DNA of 31,552 nt. It comes from Candidatus Egerieenecus merdigallinarum. Its GTDB lineage: Bacteria; Bacillota; Clostridia; Christensenellales; Aristaeellaceae. Of this stretch, positions 30,833 through 31,552 are shown piece by piece. Position 1 is the first letter of the stretch, and each line of letters begins with the position of its first letter. The stretch lies in assembly GCA_018711985.1 (NCBI GenBank), contig DVHS01000082.1:1-31552 (forward strand), given 5' to 3'. Under the pieces are notes generated by a model. It ran no database searches. It saw only the letters and a list, made by a program, of their open reading frames with translations, and was not told where the DNA came from. The translations under genes and the position numbers were made by a program.

Positions 30833-30872
30833 TTGCCCGCACGCCATAACCGCATAGGGCAATATTTGAACG

Positions 30873-30906
30873 GGGTCAACCGCCCTACCCCAAGGGCGGT
30901 TGACCC
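30873..30906. other. Perfect 13-bp-stem hairpin (GGGTCAACCGCCC/GGGCGGTTGACCC) downstream of repeat copy B
   Basis: Read directly from the sequence. The loop is taccccaa. Neither orientation has a canonical U-tract. Confidence 0.6.
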
Positions 30907-30993
30907 TGTTGGTGTGGCAGGAAAGCGGCTGCGGCCCTTTTGGGTGGAAGCCAGCCATGGCAGGGCAACTGGCCCCGAGGGACGCATGCGTGC

Positions 30994-31552
30994 TCAGCGG
31001 TAGCTGGGCAGGTAATCCCCATGGGCGACGATGAGGTCGTCCACCATCTTGCGGATGGTGTCCACGTCCAGCTCGCTGCCGGTATGGGGGTCCAGCATGG
31101 CGGCCTGGTAGATGTGCTCCTTCTTGCGGGTGCGGGCAGCCTCAATGGTCAGCAGCTGCACGTTGATGTTGGTCATGTTCATGGCCGCGCACTGCACGGG
31201 CAGGGCGCCCACGGCGCAGGGCTGCACCCCGTAGCCGTTGACCAGGCAGGGCACCTCCACGCAGGCTTCCTCGGGCAGGTTGGAGATCAGGCGGTTGCGG
31301 TTGAGCACGTTGCCGCCAATCTCCTCGGGCCGCCCGGTGACGATGGCCTCCAGGATGCGGGAAGCGTATTCCCGGGAGCGCTCGTGCTCCTTGACGCCGT
31401 TTTCCAGAAGCTCGGCGTATTCCTTCTTCCAGCCGTTGATCTGGTTGACGCAGCGGCGGGGGTACTCATCCAGGGGGATGTTGTAGCGCTCGATGAGCTC
31501 GGGGTACTTGCTCTTGATGTAGAACATGTTGTACTCCGCGTTGTGCTCGCTG
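30994..31552 (-). CDS. Glycoside hydrolase family 4 (NAD/Mn-dependent alpha-galactosidase/6-phospho-glucosidase-like), C-terminal part only; the gene continues past the window end
   Basis: The C-terminal region reads ...GYGVQPCAVGALPVQCAAMNMTNINVQLLTIEAA...LDPHTGSELDVDTIRKMVDDLIVAHGDYLP, which is typical of GH4 C-termini. The ORF is open to the window edge. Confidence 0.7.
   Translation of the reverse strand, partial: SEHNAEYNMFYIKSKYPELIERYNIPLDEYPRRCVNQINGWKKEYAELLENGVKEHERSREYASRILEAIVTGRPEEIGGNVLNRNRLISNLPEEACVEVPCLVNGYGVQPCAVGALPVQCAAMNMTNINVQLLTIEAARTRKKEHIYQAAMLDPHTGSELDVDTIRKMVDDLIVAHGDYLPSYR

Overview
This is a high-GC (about 64%) chromosomal segment from a Firmicutes/Clostridia-type genome. 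It is dominated by two conserved housekeeping gene clusters on the + strand, named from protein signatures I recognise in the translations. The first is rimP-nusA-ylxR(rnpM)-L7Ae(ylxQ)-infB-rbfA-nrnA-truB-ribF, with four start/stop overlaps between adjacent genes (three ATGA and one GTGA) that suggest translational coupling. The second has its own promoter: frr, a small PASTA-like ORF, uppS-cdsA-dxr-rseP-ispG, then a GNAT acetyltransferase and polC. Upstream on the - strand are an exported FMN-bind/FAD flavoprotein reductase and pyrG, which carries an apparent -1 frameshift. After polC comes a small accessory-looking stretch. It holds a BMP-family lipoprotein and xpt on the - strand, a DEAD-box RNA helicase on the - strand, a ZIP metal transporter and a flotillin (SPFH) protein on the +, and the 3' part of a GH4 glycosidase on the - strand that runs off the window. 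I found no tRNA or rRNA genes, no CRISPR array and no recognisable transposase or integrase. The observations I would look at again are these. A roughly 62-78 nt structured repeat occurs in two copies, in the same orientation, in two convergent intergenic regions (downstream of polC and downstream of the flotillin gene), and one copy is flanked by related perfect 13-bp hairpins. pyrG is split by a single-base homopolymer frameshift. There is a possible small PASTA-like protein between frr and uppS. A perfect 25-bp tandem duplication sits at -41 to -90 of the helicase promoter. The rimP-nusA operon has a roughly 290-nt structured leader with candidate attenuator hairpins. Large tandem codon repeats lie in the infB N-terminal region. 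Many long ORFs on the opposite strand are antisense shadows typical of high-GC DNA and I rejected them.
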